DNA of 38,935 nucleotides, from IMG/VR virus record IMGVR_UViG_3300020580_000031, positions 1-38,935 of that record. One strand, 5' to 3'. Position numbers and translations under genes: made by a program. The first letter of the stretch is position 1. Each line of letters begins with the position of its first letter. Positions 17,100 through 25,169 of this stretch are shown in pieces. A model generated the notes under the pieces. That model made no database searches, had not been told where the DNA came from, and worked only from the letters and a program-made list of their open reading frames with translations. This stretch comes from a virus (lineage: Duplodnaviria; Caudoviricetes).

Positions 17100-17498
17100 T
17101 TACTTCGCCTTCGCGGCTGGTTTCTCGGTGAACTGCCACGTGTCGCGGGTCTTGCGGTCGGGGTTGATCACCTCGGCGTAGGTGCGGGTGTAGTCCGCCC
17201 AGAACCGGGCGGCGTTGTCACCCACCGACCGGGCGTCTTCCGCCGCTGCCCGCAGTTTGCGGACGACCCGGCGTGCCGCCATCCGCGCCTGGAAGCGGTC
17301 CATCATGCTGCCTTTCGCCTTCCCCAGGACGACCTGCAGCTCATGCGCGGTCACGTCGAGTTCGAGGGCGAAGTGATACGCGATCGCGCGCACCGACGCG
17401 GCGTAGGCGGCGACGTCGGTGGTGCCGCGCAACTCCATGTTCGACAGCGCCGCGAGGGTTTTCGCCTGCGCGCTGCCCGCGGTGATTTTCGCTGGCAT
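17100..17498 (-). CDS. TraA-like plasmid transfer protein
   Basis: Helical protein directly upstream of traB with ARMAARRVVRKLRAAAE and a terminal WQF, resembling Streptomyces plasmid TraA. Confidence 0.6.
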   Translation of the reverse strand: MPAKITAGSAQAKTLAALSNMELRGTTDVAAYAASVRAIAYHFALELDVTAHELQVVLGKAKGSMMDRFQARMAARRVVRKLRAAAEDARSVGDNAARFWADYTRTYAEVINPDRKTRDTWQFTEKPAAKAK

Positions 17499-18208
17499 CA
17501 GTGGTCCTCCTCGTTGAGGTGCCCGTTGGCCCGCGCCGCCGTGAGGATGGTCTCCGCCCGGTACGGGGTCAGGTCAAGCTCGGCGGCCAGGCCGCGCCGT
17601 GACAGGGCCTCACCGGCGGCGAGACGTTCCGCGACGGCCCTGACGGTGCCTGGGTCGGCGGGCTTGGTGCGCCGCCCGCGGGTACGCTTCCCGGCTGGGG
17701 CCGCGCTGGTCTCGGAGGGCGCCGGCGCGGCCCCAGCCGGCTTCACCACCGTGGTTTCACGCGCGTCATCCCGTGACCTGGGCTTACGCGCCGCCGTGGT
17801 GCTCTTGGCACCCGAGGTGGCCTTCACCAGGCCCAGCAGCACCCCCAGGGACACCGTCGCGGCGAGCGGCGGCACCGCCGCGGTGACCTGGTCGCCGAGG
17901 GGAGCGGTGAACCCGACATGGCCGACGTTGCCCCCGATGGAAGCGGCCAGGCCCGCCGCGGTGACCAGCCAGCAGCGTGCCTTGACCGCGGTGGCAGCGC
18001 CGTCGACGGCGGCGATGAACAGCCGCACCTCCCCGACGACGACGAACGTGTCGATCATCACGGGGAAACCCCACGCCCACGCGCCGTCGCGGTGGCTGAA
18101 CGCCCACGCCAGCAAACCGTGGAACGACTGCGCGAAACTGTCAGCGGTCGCGATGACGGTGAGGACGGCGATCACCCACGGCGCGGCGCGGCGCGCGAAT
18201 GGCAGCAT
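17498..18208 (-). CDS. DUF2637 / SpdA-like membrane protein with C-terminal HTH
   Basis: SFAQSFHGL, AWGFPVMID, ASIGGNVGH and AVPPLA motifs; C-terminal LSRRGLAAELDL. Confidence 0.8.
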   Translation of the reverse strand: MLPFARRAAPWVIAVLTVIATADSFAQSFHGLLAWAFSHRDGAWAWGFPVMIDTFVVVGEVRLFIAAVDGAATAVKARCWLVTAAGLAASIGGNVGHVGFTAPLGDQVTAAVPPLAATVSLGVLLGLVKATSGAKSTTAARKPRSRDDARETTVVKPAGAAPAPSETSAAPAGKRTRGRRTKPADPGTVRAVAERLAAGEALSRRGLAAELDLTPYRAETILTAARANGHLNEEDH

Positions 18209-18355
18209 GTTTGCTCCCTGCGGGCTGTGGGTACACGAGCGGAACTGTCAGGGTAACGCTGACGTCGTGGTGACCGCGCGCAACCGCCCGTGTTCCAGGG
18301 TGGCGTGAGACTCCTGGGGCGGGTGAACACTCACGGGCGTGTGCGAACATGATGC

Positions 18356-18532
18356 GTGGCCACACTCGCCCGCCATGTGCGTGTACCCGACGACCGGTGG
18401 GACGCGTTCCTCGCCGAAGCACGCCGGCGTGGCACGACCGGCAGCGCGGTCCTCAACCATGCCATCGAGGCCTACCTCAGCGAATCCGCGGGCCCGTCCG
18501 CGAACTCGCCGGACGAGCCGGCGACTTCCTAG
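18356..18532 (+). CDS. Ribbon-helix-helix (CopG/Arc-like) repressor, 58 aa, missing from the ORF track
   Basis: MATLARHVRVPDDRWDAFLAEARRRGTTGSAVLNHAIEAYL has the RHH strand-helix-helix pattern; divergent from the tra operon. Confidence 0.8.
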   Translation: MATLARHVRVPDDRWDAFLAEARRRGTTGSAVLNHAIEAYLSESAGPSANSPDEPATS

Positions 18533-18558
18533 AAACTAGAAAGATAGGGAATACGCCG

Positions 18559-18789
18559 GTGAGCGGAGTCCAGTGCTCCCGCCACAACGTGGAGCTCTAC
18601 GAGGACACCCACGGCGGGCAGCCCATGCGGCGCCTGCTCTGCCCCGAGCCGGGCTGCCAGACGGTCCTCTCTCACGACACCCTCGCGGCGGTCCGCGACC
18701 AGGCGTGGTGCCAGGAGAACGGCATGACCGCGCCCGGCTGGCAGACCATCACACCAGGAGGCCAGGGCCCGGCGCCTGGCTTCGGGTAA
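18559..18789 (+). CDS. Small Cys/His protein
   Basis: CSRH..CPEPGC motifs; AGGGA RBS. Confidence 0.5.
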   Translation: MSGVQCSRHNVELYEDTHGGQPMRRLLCPEPGCQTVLSHDTLAAVRDQAWCQENGMTAPGWQTITPGGQGPAPGFG

Positions 18790-19310
18790 TGAGCTTGGTC
18801 GGCCAACTTCCCGGAGAGCTGGGCTCAGGGCAGGGGACGGCCAGCGAACCGGCCGTCCTCACCTTCCCGTCGTCTTAGGGACATGGTTTAGGTGTGACGC
18901 CCCAGCGCGCTACTGCTGGGGAAGGGCGCCTTGTGATCACGGTCTAGTTGGTGGTTCACCAGCGGGCCCTGCCTGCGCTGGCCTGATCGTGTCTCGCCGA
19001 TACGATGCCTCGGTCTTCCGGGCTGTCGCGGGAGCTCGTCATTCCCGCGTGCGGTGGCACACCGGCTCTGATACGGCTCCAGCGGGGCCGTAACCCGGGA
19101 ACGGCCCGGGCGACTAGCCGGGCAGTCAGACCAGAGCGGGAGATGTAGAAACCCGGCTTGTAGAAAAGCCGGCCTCACGTGTATTCTCAGCACTGGTTGT
19201 CGAGACCACACGCAGCATCGCACGAGCCCGGTGTCCGCCGCAAGGCGTCCCGGGCTCTTGTGTTCCGGAAACTGCTGTTGTGTTCCCGGTCGGAACACTT
19301 TGGGAGACCG
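18790..19310. ncRNA. Hairpin-dense non-coding interval; candidate structured RNA(s) or single-strand origin
   Basis: At least eight inverted repeats and no convincing ORF; not matched to any RNA family I recognise. Confidence 0.35.
19158..19187 (+). promoter_or_regulatory. Putative sigma-70-type promoter overlapping a TGTAGAAA motif
   Basis: TTGTAG-18 bp-TATTCT; a second motif copy lies at 19143-19152. Confidence 0.5.
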
Positions 19311-19628
19311 ATGAGCAGGCACACCAGGCGGTGGCACGGCCACACCTCGGAGCAGGTCGCTGACCACGCCTGGGCTAACCTGACCTGCCCCAAGTGCGGT
19401 TCAGAGCCGAAGTCGGCGTGTGTGCCGCTGCCGGAGCCGCCGCGGACCGTGTGCAAGGAACGCTGGGTCGCCGCGGTCATCGAGCTGAAGAACGCGGCCA
19501 GGGCCAGCCGGCCGTCGCGGGAAGCCGCGGAGGCGTCGGCGCGGCTTGATCTGGCCACGGAACGCGGCTGCTTCATGAGCGACGTGCCGGCCGCTGACGT
19601 GGCTGAACGGCTTCGCGCGTCCCGCTGA
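19311..19628 (+). CDS. Zinc-finger-like protein
   Basis: GGGAG RBS; CPKCGSEPKSAC..C motif. Confidence 0.6.
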   Translation: MSRHTRRWHGHTSEQVADHAWANLTCPKCGSEPKSACVPLPEPPRTVCKERWVAAVIELKNAARASRPSREAAEASARLDLATERGCFMSDVPAADVAERLRASR

Positions 19629-19646
19629 AACCAGGCCCAGACGAGG

Positions 19647-19690
19647 GCCAGCCCCGGGCGAGGGTCGGTGCCCGGGGCTGGCGTGTTTCG
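19647..19690 (+). terminator. Intrinsic terminator-like hairpin
   Basis: 13-bp perfect stem GCCAGCCCCGGGC/GCCCGGGGCTGGC followed by GTGTTTC. Confidence 0.55.
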
Positions 19691-19816
19691 GGGAAGTAAC
19701 GGGCAAGCGTCAGCGGGCCTGCTATTTTCCCGAGAGTTAAGGCGCACGCGGCCCCGCGTTCCCCTGCCAAAGGTTTCCCCGGGCCACGGGCGCGTGATCC
19801 CAACGGAAGGATACGC

Positions 19817-20545
19817 GTGCTGAAACGCTACGCGCGGGCGTCCGCCCTGATCGTCACGGCGATCTCAGCGGCCGCGATTCTCGCCACACCAGCCGCCTCG
19901 GCCGCGACTTTGCGGAATCCCGAAGGCGGCCCTGTCATCTCTGGGAACATCACGTGGACCGCTGCCCCGGCGGGCCGCTGGTATGTGGTGCGGAGGGGTG
20001 ATGACCTGTTCGGTATCGCCCGCCGCCTGGATGGTTCGGGTGGATGGTGGCCTCAGCTGTGGGCCCAGAACAGGAAGATCATCCCTGACGCGCTCGCCAT
20101 CCCCGTCGGGGCGCGGTTGTGGATCGGGCCGAAATGGCGGCACATGCCGGGGGTGCCGGAGCGGTTCGAGCCGAAGCCGGCACCGCCAGCACCTGCGCCC
20201 GCCGCGGCTCCCGCGGCTGTGTCTGTCGCGCCCGCTCCCGCCGCGCCAGCCCCGGCCGCTCCGCCGGCGCTGGACAGCAACGGTGGCGTCGTCTCATACG
20301 CCGGGCTCGAGCAACTGTGGATCGGTGCTGGCGGCCCGGCTGGTGTCGCGGCGGAGGCGGCGACCATCGCCGAGTGTGAGAGCGGCGGGGACCCGGCCGC
20401 GTACAACCCGTCCGGTGCGTCGGGTCTCTGGGAGATCCTGGGGACACCGTTCCCCGGGAACCCGTTCGACCCGGGCACCAACGCTGCGATGGCGGTGGCG
20501 AAGTACAACGGCGCGGGAGGCAACTTCTCGCCGTGGGTCTGCTGA
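19817..20545 (+). CDS. Secreted LysM plus lytic transglycosylase (SLT/Rpf-like) protein
   Basis: Signal peptide, YVVRRGDDLFGIA..LWAQN LysM, Pro/Ala linker, IAECESGG..ASGLWEI..FDPGTNAAMA..FSPW lysozyme-like domain. Confidence 0.88.
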   Translation: MLKRYARASALIVTAISAAAILATPAASAATLRNPEGGPVISGNITWTAAPAGRWYVVRRGDDLFGIARRLDGSGGWWPQLWAQNRKIIPDALAIPVGARLWIGPKWRHMPGVPERFEPKPAPPAPAPAAAPAAVSVAPAPAAPAPAAPPALDSNGGVVSYAGLEQLWIGAGGPAGVAAEAATIAECESGGDPAAYNPSGASGLWEILGTPFPGNPFDPGTNAAMAVAKYNGAGGNFSPWVC

Positions 20546-20614
20546 CACGCGGTCTCACCTGGGCTGCTGGTGTGCCCCAGAGCCTGGGTTAGTGTCGTAA
20601 TCCCCCCGTTACAA

Positions 20615-20662
20615 GGTGGCCCGGGCGTCTCGGCTTTCTCCCCAAAGCTGGCCCGGGCCACC
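20615..20662. terminator. Stem-loop after the transglycosylase gene
   Basis: 12-bp perfect inverted repeat GGTGGCCCGGGC/GCCCGGGCCACC. Confidence 0.5.
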
Positions 20663-20687
20663 GGCATGTCTGACGTCAAAATCCCCC

Positions 20688-20716
20688 TTGTCCTTTTCTA
20701 CTTTTCTACATAAGAT
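20688..20716 (+). promoter_or_regulatory. Sigma-70-type promoter with tandem TTTTCTAC repeats as spacer
   Basis: TTGTCC-TTTTCTACTTTTCTACA (17 bp)-TAAGAT; spacer identical to the one at 38261-38277. Confidence 0.8.
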
Positions 20717-20747
20717 AGGGGTACTAACCACCACACCCGGAGGACCC

Positions 20748-21323
20748 ATGAGCGTCCCAGCCCACGTCCCGCACCCTGAGCCGCCGCCGAAGCTCGCCGC
20801 GTCCGGCCGCCTCGGCCGTCTCGTCACCGTCAACGGGAAACGCGCCGGGATCTTCAGCCCCCTGGTGATCGTGTTCGCCCCCGGCACCCACAGCAGGGAC
20901 AAGCAGCGCGCCGCGGAGGAGTTCATCCGCACCGTCACCGGCCGGCACCCCTACACCTGGCACGACCCGTCGGGTGCTGTCGTCGTGGGTGGTTCCACGC
21001 AGGCCACCACCGGTGTCTGGGATGAGCCGGGGCGGACGCTGATGACGGAGGTGGAGGCCCGCCAGGTCCTCGACGGCCGTGACGTCACCGGCCGGAAGCT
21101 GCACAACAACAAGACCCGCGCCGAGCTGCGGCTCCTCCTGGCCGCTGAGCGCCCCGGGTGGAACGGGCTGGGCCCGGACGCGTCGAAGGGTGACCTGACC
21201 GGCGCGATCCTCGACGGCCGGTTCCCGCCGCATCTGGTGGAGCAGGCGTATCACGTGCGGGACCACATGCCGGACCGGCAGTCCACGGCGTGCCCCTACT
21301 GCGAGATGGAGCCAGCGCGGTGA
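20748..21323 (+). CDS. Hypothetical early protein with C-terminal H..CPYC
   Basis: GGAGGA RBS directly after the promoter. Confidence 0.7.
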   Translation: MSVPAHVPHPEPPPKLAASGRLGRLVTVNGKRAGIFSPLVIVFAPGTHSRDKQRAAEEFIRTVTGRHPYTWHDPSGAVVVGGSTQATTGVWDEPGRTLMTEVEARQVLDGRDVTGRKLHNNKTRAELRLLLAAERPGWNGLGPDASKGDLTGAILDGRFPPHLVEQAYHVRDHMPDRQSTACPYCEMEPAR

Positions 21324-21607
21324 CTTCTTTCCAGACGACGGAGCCAGTGCGTGAGCTGGCGATGAACATCACTGGCCGCGCGTGGGGTGACCTGATCCAC
21401 CAGGTCCAGCGTGGCGACATCAGCTACGACCTGCCCTATCAGCGTGGCCCGGTGTGGAAACCCGAGCAGCGGATGATGCTGATCTACTCGATCGGCAAGC
21501 CCCGGAAGCCAACCACGCCTAAGAGCGCCGCGTGGGTAGTGGCGGTCTGCGCCATGTGGATCGTGGTGCTCGTCATCGCCGCTCACAAACTGGGAGGGCC
21601 GTTCTGA
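21320..21607 (+). CDS. Truncated DUF262 (ParB-like) N-terminus fused to a TM tail
   Basis: LPYQRGPVWKPEQRMMLIYSI is the DUF262 start, but the DGQQR motif is absent and a hydrophobic helix follows. Confidence 0.55.
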   Translation: MTSFQTTEPVRELAMNITGRAWGDLIHQVQRGDISYDLPYQRGPVWKPEQRMMLIYSIGKPRKPTTPKSAAWVVAVCAMWIVVLVIAAHKLGGPF

Positions 21608-21888
21608 TGTGGAAGCTAACGCTTGAGATCGAGTTCGATGTCGGCACGCTGGAAGAACTCGGGCTGGGTGGCCTGCGGCAGAGCTGGGTGGACGCCAGCC
21701 ACGAGGGCCGTGAGTACAGCCTCACCTGCGGCGCTGGGCTTGGCAACACGCTGCTGGAAGGCAGCGTCAGCGACGGCGACCGGGCCGTGTACGCGCGGTC
21801 AACGGTCAACGACCTCGCGCAGAAGCTGTTCGCCGCCCTCAGTGAGGACTTCGACGCGCAGCAGCCAGCGGAGGTGGCTGAGCCGTGA
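21607..21888 (+). CDS. Hypothetical protein
   Basis: TGATG coupling, GGAGG RBS. Confidence 0.6.
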   Translation: MWKLTLEIEFDVGTLEELGLGGLRQSWVDASHEGREYSLTCGAGLGNTLLEGSVSDGDRAVYARSTVNDLAQKLFAALSEDFDAQQPAEVAEP

Positions 21889-22145
21889 GCGGGCAGCCGG
21901 AGATTGTGGTGGACGAGCGTGGCCGCACGAGCCTCGCCCGGGTCCGCACCCACGCCTACGACCGGTACCTCGTTGAGGAGTTCCCCGATGGCACCCTCGT
22001 CCTGACACCGGCGGTGACCGTCAGCGCGCTGGAGATGGCGGCCCTTCAGGACCCGCGTGTGCGTGAGGCGGTGGCCGCTGACGCGGCGGGAGACGACAGC
22101 CAGCTGCGGACCCGTCATCGCCGTGGCTCCGGTGATGACTCATGA
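21885..22145 (+). CDS. AbrB/MazE-like swapped-hairpin protein
   Basis: VVDERGRTSL..DGTLVLTPA pattern. Confidence 0.6.
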   Translation: MSGQPEIVVDERGRTSLARVRTHAYDRYLVEEFPDGTLVLTPAVTVSALEMAALQDPRVREAVAADAAGDDSQLRTRHRRGSGDDS

Positions 22146-22261
22146 GCGACCAGCCGGAGATCCTGTCTCTCGATGATGAGCAGGTCGCGGTGCTCTTCGC
22201 CCGGGAAGCGAACCGCCACGTGGCGATCCAGGCACCACCGGGTACACGGCCGACGAGATAA
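22142..22261 (+). CDS. Small hypothetical protein (39 aa)
   Basis: ATGA overlap; MSDQPEILSL... Confidence 0.4.
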   Translation: MSDQPEILSLDDEQVAVLFAREANRHVAIQAPPGTRPTR

Positions 22262-22284
22262 CTGAGACGTTCAGGGAGGCAGCG

Positions 22285-22515
22285 ATGGGCTGGCGAAGTG
22301 ATGAAAAGGAAGCCAAACGACTCGCCGGTGAGGCGGTGAAGGCGCACCGGAAAGGCGCCAGCAAGGTCACGGTGAACGATCTGCTGCGTCAGTCGAAACT
22401 CATTGGTGAACGCGCGGCCCGCGGGAAAGCGGGCGAGGACCGCCAGATGCGGGAAGCCAGCCGGGGCGGCAAGGTCACGGGGTTCCTGTTCGGCACGAAC
22501 AAAAGCAAATGGTGA
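22285..22515 (+). CDS. Small basic hypothetical protein
   Basis: GGGAGG RBS. Confidence 0.6.
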   Translation: MGWRSDEKEAKRLAGEAVKAHRKGASKVTVNDLLRQSKLIGERAARGKAGEDRQMREASRGGKVTGFLFGTNKSKW

Positions 22516-22531
22516 CGTGAGGGAGGCAGTG

Positions 22532-22996
22532 GTGGGTAAGCGTGTCAGGTATGAGGTGCTCTGCGGTGGGCGGCTGCTGAAAGAGATCGAGCAGCTGAAC
22601 GCCACCCTCGGCATGCACCCCGAAGCGGACGGCCCCGCCGGTGGCGACTTCATCGACGGCCAGCACCGGTGGATCATCGACCAGTCCTACGTCGCTGACG
22701 ACGTCGCCCAGGCGCTCATCGCGTCCTGGGAAGGTATCGCGCTCATCGCGGCGAACGTCGAGGGTGGCGTCACCGCCGAGCATCTGGGGGCGTCGGTCAC
22801 GCATCTGATGGACGCCGACGCGTGCGGGATGGCCAGTGTGCCGGCGTCCGCCCGGGTGCGTGTTGAGGTGGGTGGGCGGACGTGGCCGCTGCGGCAGGTG
22901 TCCGCCGGGTTCAGGGGCGGATGCCCGGTGCTGCTGCTCCGGGTGCTCCCCACCGCTGACGAACCATTCGGTGGCCCTGAACCGGGAGGAGGCTGA
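22532..22996 (+). CDS. Hypothetical protein
   Basis: GGGAGG RBS then GTG; exact start uncertain. Confidence 0.55.
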   Translation: MGKRVRYEVLCGGRLLKEIEQLNATLGMHPEADGPAGGDFIDGQHRWIIDQSYVADDVAQALIASWEGIALIAANVEGGVTAEHLGASVTHLMDADACGMASVPASARVRVEVGGRTWPLRQVSAGFRGGCPVLLLRVLPTADEPFGGPEPGGG

Positions 22997-22997
22997 C

Positions 22998-23396
22998 ATG
23001 GTGGACGACCTGACGTACGTGTGTTCGTGGGAGGCGTGGTGGTGTGACCGCAACCGCCCCCAGTACCTCGCGATACAGGGCGGCCCGGAAGACGACCGGT
23101 GGGATGTCGTGTTCGAGGAGACCCGGTTCAACGATGAGCCTGGTCTGCGGCTGGAGGTCTTCGACTCAGCTTTCCACGTGTTCGGGGAACTGCCACCCAA
23201 GTTCTGGGAACGGCTCGCCGCCGGCCCCACGACGCTGGAGGCGCTGCGGGTGATCCTGGTGGCCCTCGGATTCGCTGACGAGACGCAGCATGACCGGCCC
23301 ACGATGGGTGGTCCGATGGTGCTGACGGCGGCGCAGATCCGCCGGATGCCCGGCGACCGCCGCTTCGTCCCCCTCGACGAACCAACGGTGGGCTGA
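22998..23396 (+). CDS. Hypothetical protein
   Basis: GGAGG RBS, ATG at 22998. Confidence 0.6.
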   Translation: MVDDLTYVCSWEAWWCDRNRPQYLAIQGGPEDDRWDVVFEETRFNDEPGLRLEVFDSAFHVFGELPPKFWERLAAGPTTLEALRVILVALGFADETQHDRPTMGGPMVLTAAQIRRMPGDRRFVPLDEPTVG

Positions 23397-23399
23397 GCG

Positions 23400-24026
23400 A
23401 TGCGTTACGAGTTCAGGCCGCTGGGTGACTGGGTTGGGGGCTCCACGGCGCAGTGGGCGCGGAGCCCTTCCCGCTTCAAGGCCTCCTACGACGGCACCCT
23501 CGACCTGCTGTTCGCCGAGGCTGAAAAACTCGGCGCGAAGCACCTGGTGCTTCAGGTGGACCTGCAGGAGCGGGACATCCGCGTGGATGGGCTGCCGCGG
23601 GCGAACGCCCGCTACGGCTCCCACCCGGGTGTGGTGGTGTCGTTTGAGTCCCGGTACGGGCCGCTCCGCTACGCCACCGACGAGTTCACCGACTGGCGGG
23701 CGAACCTCCGCGCGATCGCGCTCGCGTTGGAGGCCCTCCGCGCGGTCGACCGTTACGGGGTGACGAAACGGGGTGAGCAATATCAGGGCTGGCGGGCGAT
23801 TGAAGCGCCCCGCGGGTCAGTGTTCGCGGATGCTGACGCGGCGGAGAAGTGGATGCGCGGCTACGCCGACGTCCAGCTGCGTTTGGCCGCCACGCCGCTT
23901 ACCGGGCTGGGTGGGCTGTACCGGATGATGGCCCGCCGCATGCACCCCGACATGGGCGGGCCCCGGGCGGACTGGGACCGCCTCGATGAGGCCCGCCGGA
24001 TGCTGAAGGAAGCGGGCAGGCTGTGA
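23400..24026 (+). CDS. Phage protein with a C-terminal J-domain-like segment
   Basis: YRMMARRMHPDMGG..DRLDEAR (HPD motif); N-terminal PGVVVSF..NLRAIALALEALRAVDRYGV is typical of this phage family. Confidence 0.8.
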   Translation: MRYEFRPLGDWVGGSTAQWARSPSRFKASYDGTLDLLFAEAEKLGAKHLVLQVDLQERDIRVDGLPRANARYGSHPGVVVSFESRYGPLRYATDEFTDWRANLRAIALALEALRAVDRYGVTKRGEQYQGWRAIEAPRGSVFADADAAEKWMRGYADVQLRLAATPLTGLGGLYRMMARRMHPDMGGPRADWDRLDEARRMLKEAGRL

Positions 24027-24283
24027 ACGCGCCCGTGCCTGACCGCCGGATGTTCTACGGCCTGACCGATGCCCAGTTCGTGCCGCTGGCCCTGGTGGGG
24101 ATCGGGTTGGCGTTCCTGTCGATCCTCGGTCTGTTCGCGGGCCGCCAGTGGTGGTGGGCCTCAGCGGCCACGGGTGGGGCGTCGCTGGTGCTGCTGGTGG
24201 TCACCGTGGTGGTGGACGCGCGGCTGGCCCGGCGGAACCGGGAACGCGGGCCGTCGGTCCGCTGTGAGGAGGGCGACCGGTGA
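24023..24283 (+). CDS. Two-TM membrane protein
   Basis: GTGA overlap; two hydrophobic helices. Confidence 0.65.
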   Translation: MNAPVPDRRMFYGLTDAQFVPLALVGIGLAFLSILGLFAGRQWWWASAATGGASLVLLVVTVVVDARLARRNRERGPSVRCEEGDR

Positions 24284-24573
24284 CACATCCATTCACCCCC
24301 GACTGGACCCTCGCGCCGGCGGCGACGCTGCGCGAGTGGATGGAAGACAACAACCTGAGTGTCCCGGTGCTGGCCGTGGCCGCGATGGGCCGCGCTGGCC
24401 GCGGCGAAGCCGCCGTGCTGATCCAGGAAGTGCTTGACCGCGAGCCACTGACCGAGCGTCACGCGCTGGTGCTCCAGCGGGGCACGGGCGTGCCGGGGAA
24501 ATTCTGGCTAGCACTCGAGCATGGTTATAGGAGCGGCCTGGCTGCTGGCCTGAAGGATATTACGGAGATATGA
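24280..24573 (+). CDS. HigA-like HTH protein
   Basis: PDWTLAPAATLREWM..LTERHALVL..TGVPGKFWLALE pattern. Confidence 0.75.
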   Translation: MTHPFTPDWTLAPAATLREWMEDNNLSVPVLAVAAMGRAGRGEAAVLIQEVLDREPLTERHALVLQRGTGVPGKFWLALEHGYRSGLAAGLKDITEI

Positions 24574-25169
24574 GTCCTGCACGCCAACCGCTGGCTGAGC
24601 GGTTCTGGGAAAAGGTCACAAAGGACGGGCCTGTTCCCGAGCACTGTCCCGAGCTAGGGGCTTGCTGGGTTTGGACTAACGCGACAAATAGGGGAGGATA
24701 CGGCAAGATCGGGTCAGGTGAAGGCGGAGACGCTGAGCGCACTCTTCTCGCCTCACGAGTGGCTTGGCAGCTGCTCAAAGGCCCGATCCCGGAGGGCCTG
24801 TGCGTGCTGCACCGCTGCGACAACCCGCCCTGTTGCAACCCAGATCGCCTCTTCCTAGGTACTCACCGTGACAATACGCTCGACATGGTTGCCAAGGGAC
24901 GTCAGGTGCATGCTGACCGACGTGGTGCGAGGAATCCCCGATACGGCGCTGTCGTGAGCGAAACAACGCGCAGTCTCTTCGCGGCCGCGGCCGCGAAGAC
25001 GATATGGCTACGCGACCCTAGCGGCACGCCAATCCAGATCACCAACCTGGCGAAGTTCTGCCGCGACAACAGCCTTAATACGGGTGCTCTGTGGAGTGTG
25101 CGTGTCGGCCGCAAGAGGAGCCACAAGGGATACACCGCCTATAACCCGCCGGCTGAGGATGAGCCATGA
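24570..25169 (+). CDS. HNH homing endonuclease
   Basis: RFWEKV, CWVWT, GYG, VLHRCDNPPCCNPDRLFLGTHRDNTLDMVAKGR; visibly more AT-rich than its neighbours. Confidence 0.9.
   Translation: MSPARQPLAERFWEKVTKDGPVPEHCPELGACWVWTNATNRGGYGKIGSGEGGDAERTLLASRVAWQLLKGPIPEGLCVLHRCDNPPCCNPDRLFLGTHRDNTLDMVAKGRQVHADRRGARNPRYGAVVSETTRSLFAAAAAKTIWLRDPSGTPIQITNLAKFCRDNSLNTGALWSVRVGRKRSHKGYTAYNPPAEDEP

Noticed and set aside
10359-18560. Independent integrated AICE inside the phage
   Set aside because: No integrase, excisionase, RepSA or flanking att repeats seen; not fully excluded without comparative data.
19064-19137. tRNA or hammerhead ribozyme in the cloverleaf-like junction
   Set aside because: No TTCGA T-loop, proper arm lengths or CCA end; the CTGATGA/GAAA hammerhead core is not intact.
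19690-19816. c-di-AMP (ydaO) riboswitch upstream of the Rpf-like gene
   Set aside because: I could not find the conserved GCTGAAT / GGGGTGAAT / GTCAGCTAAC elements.
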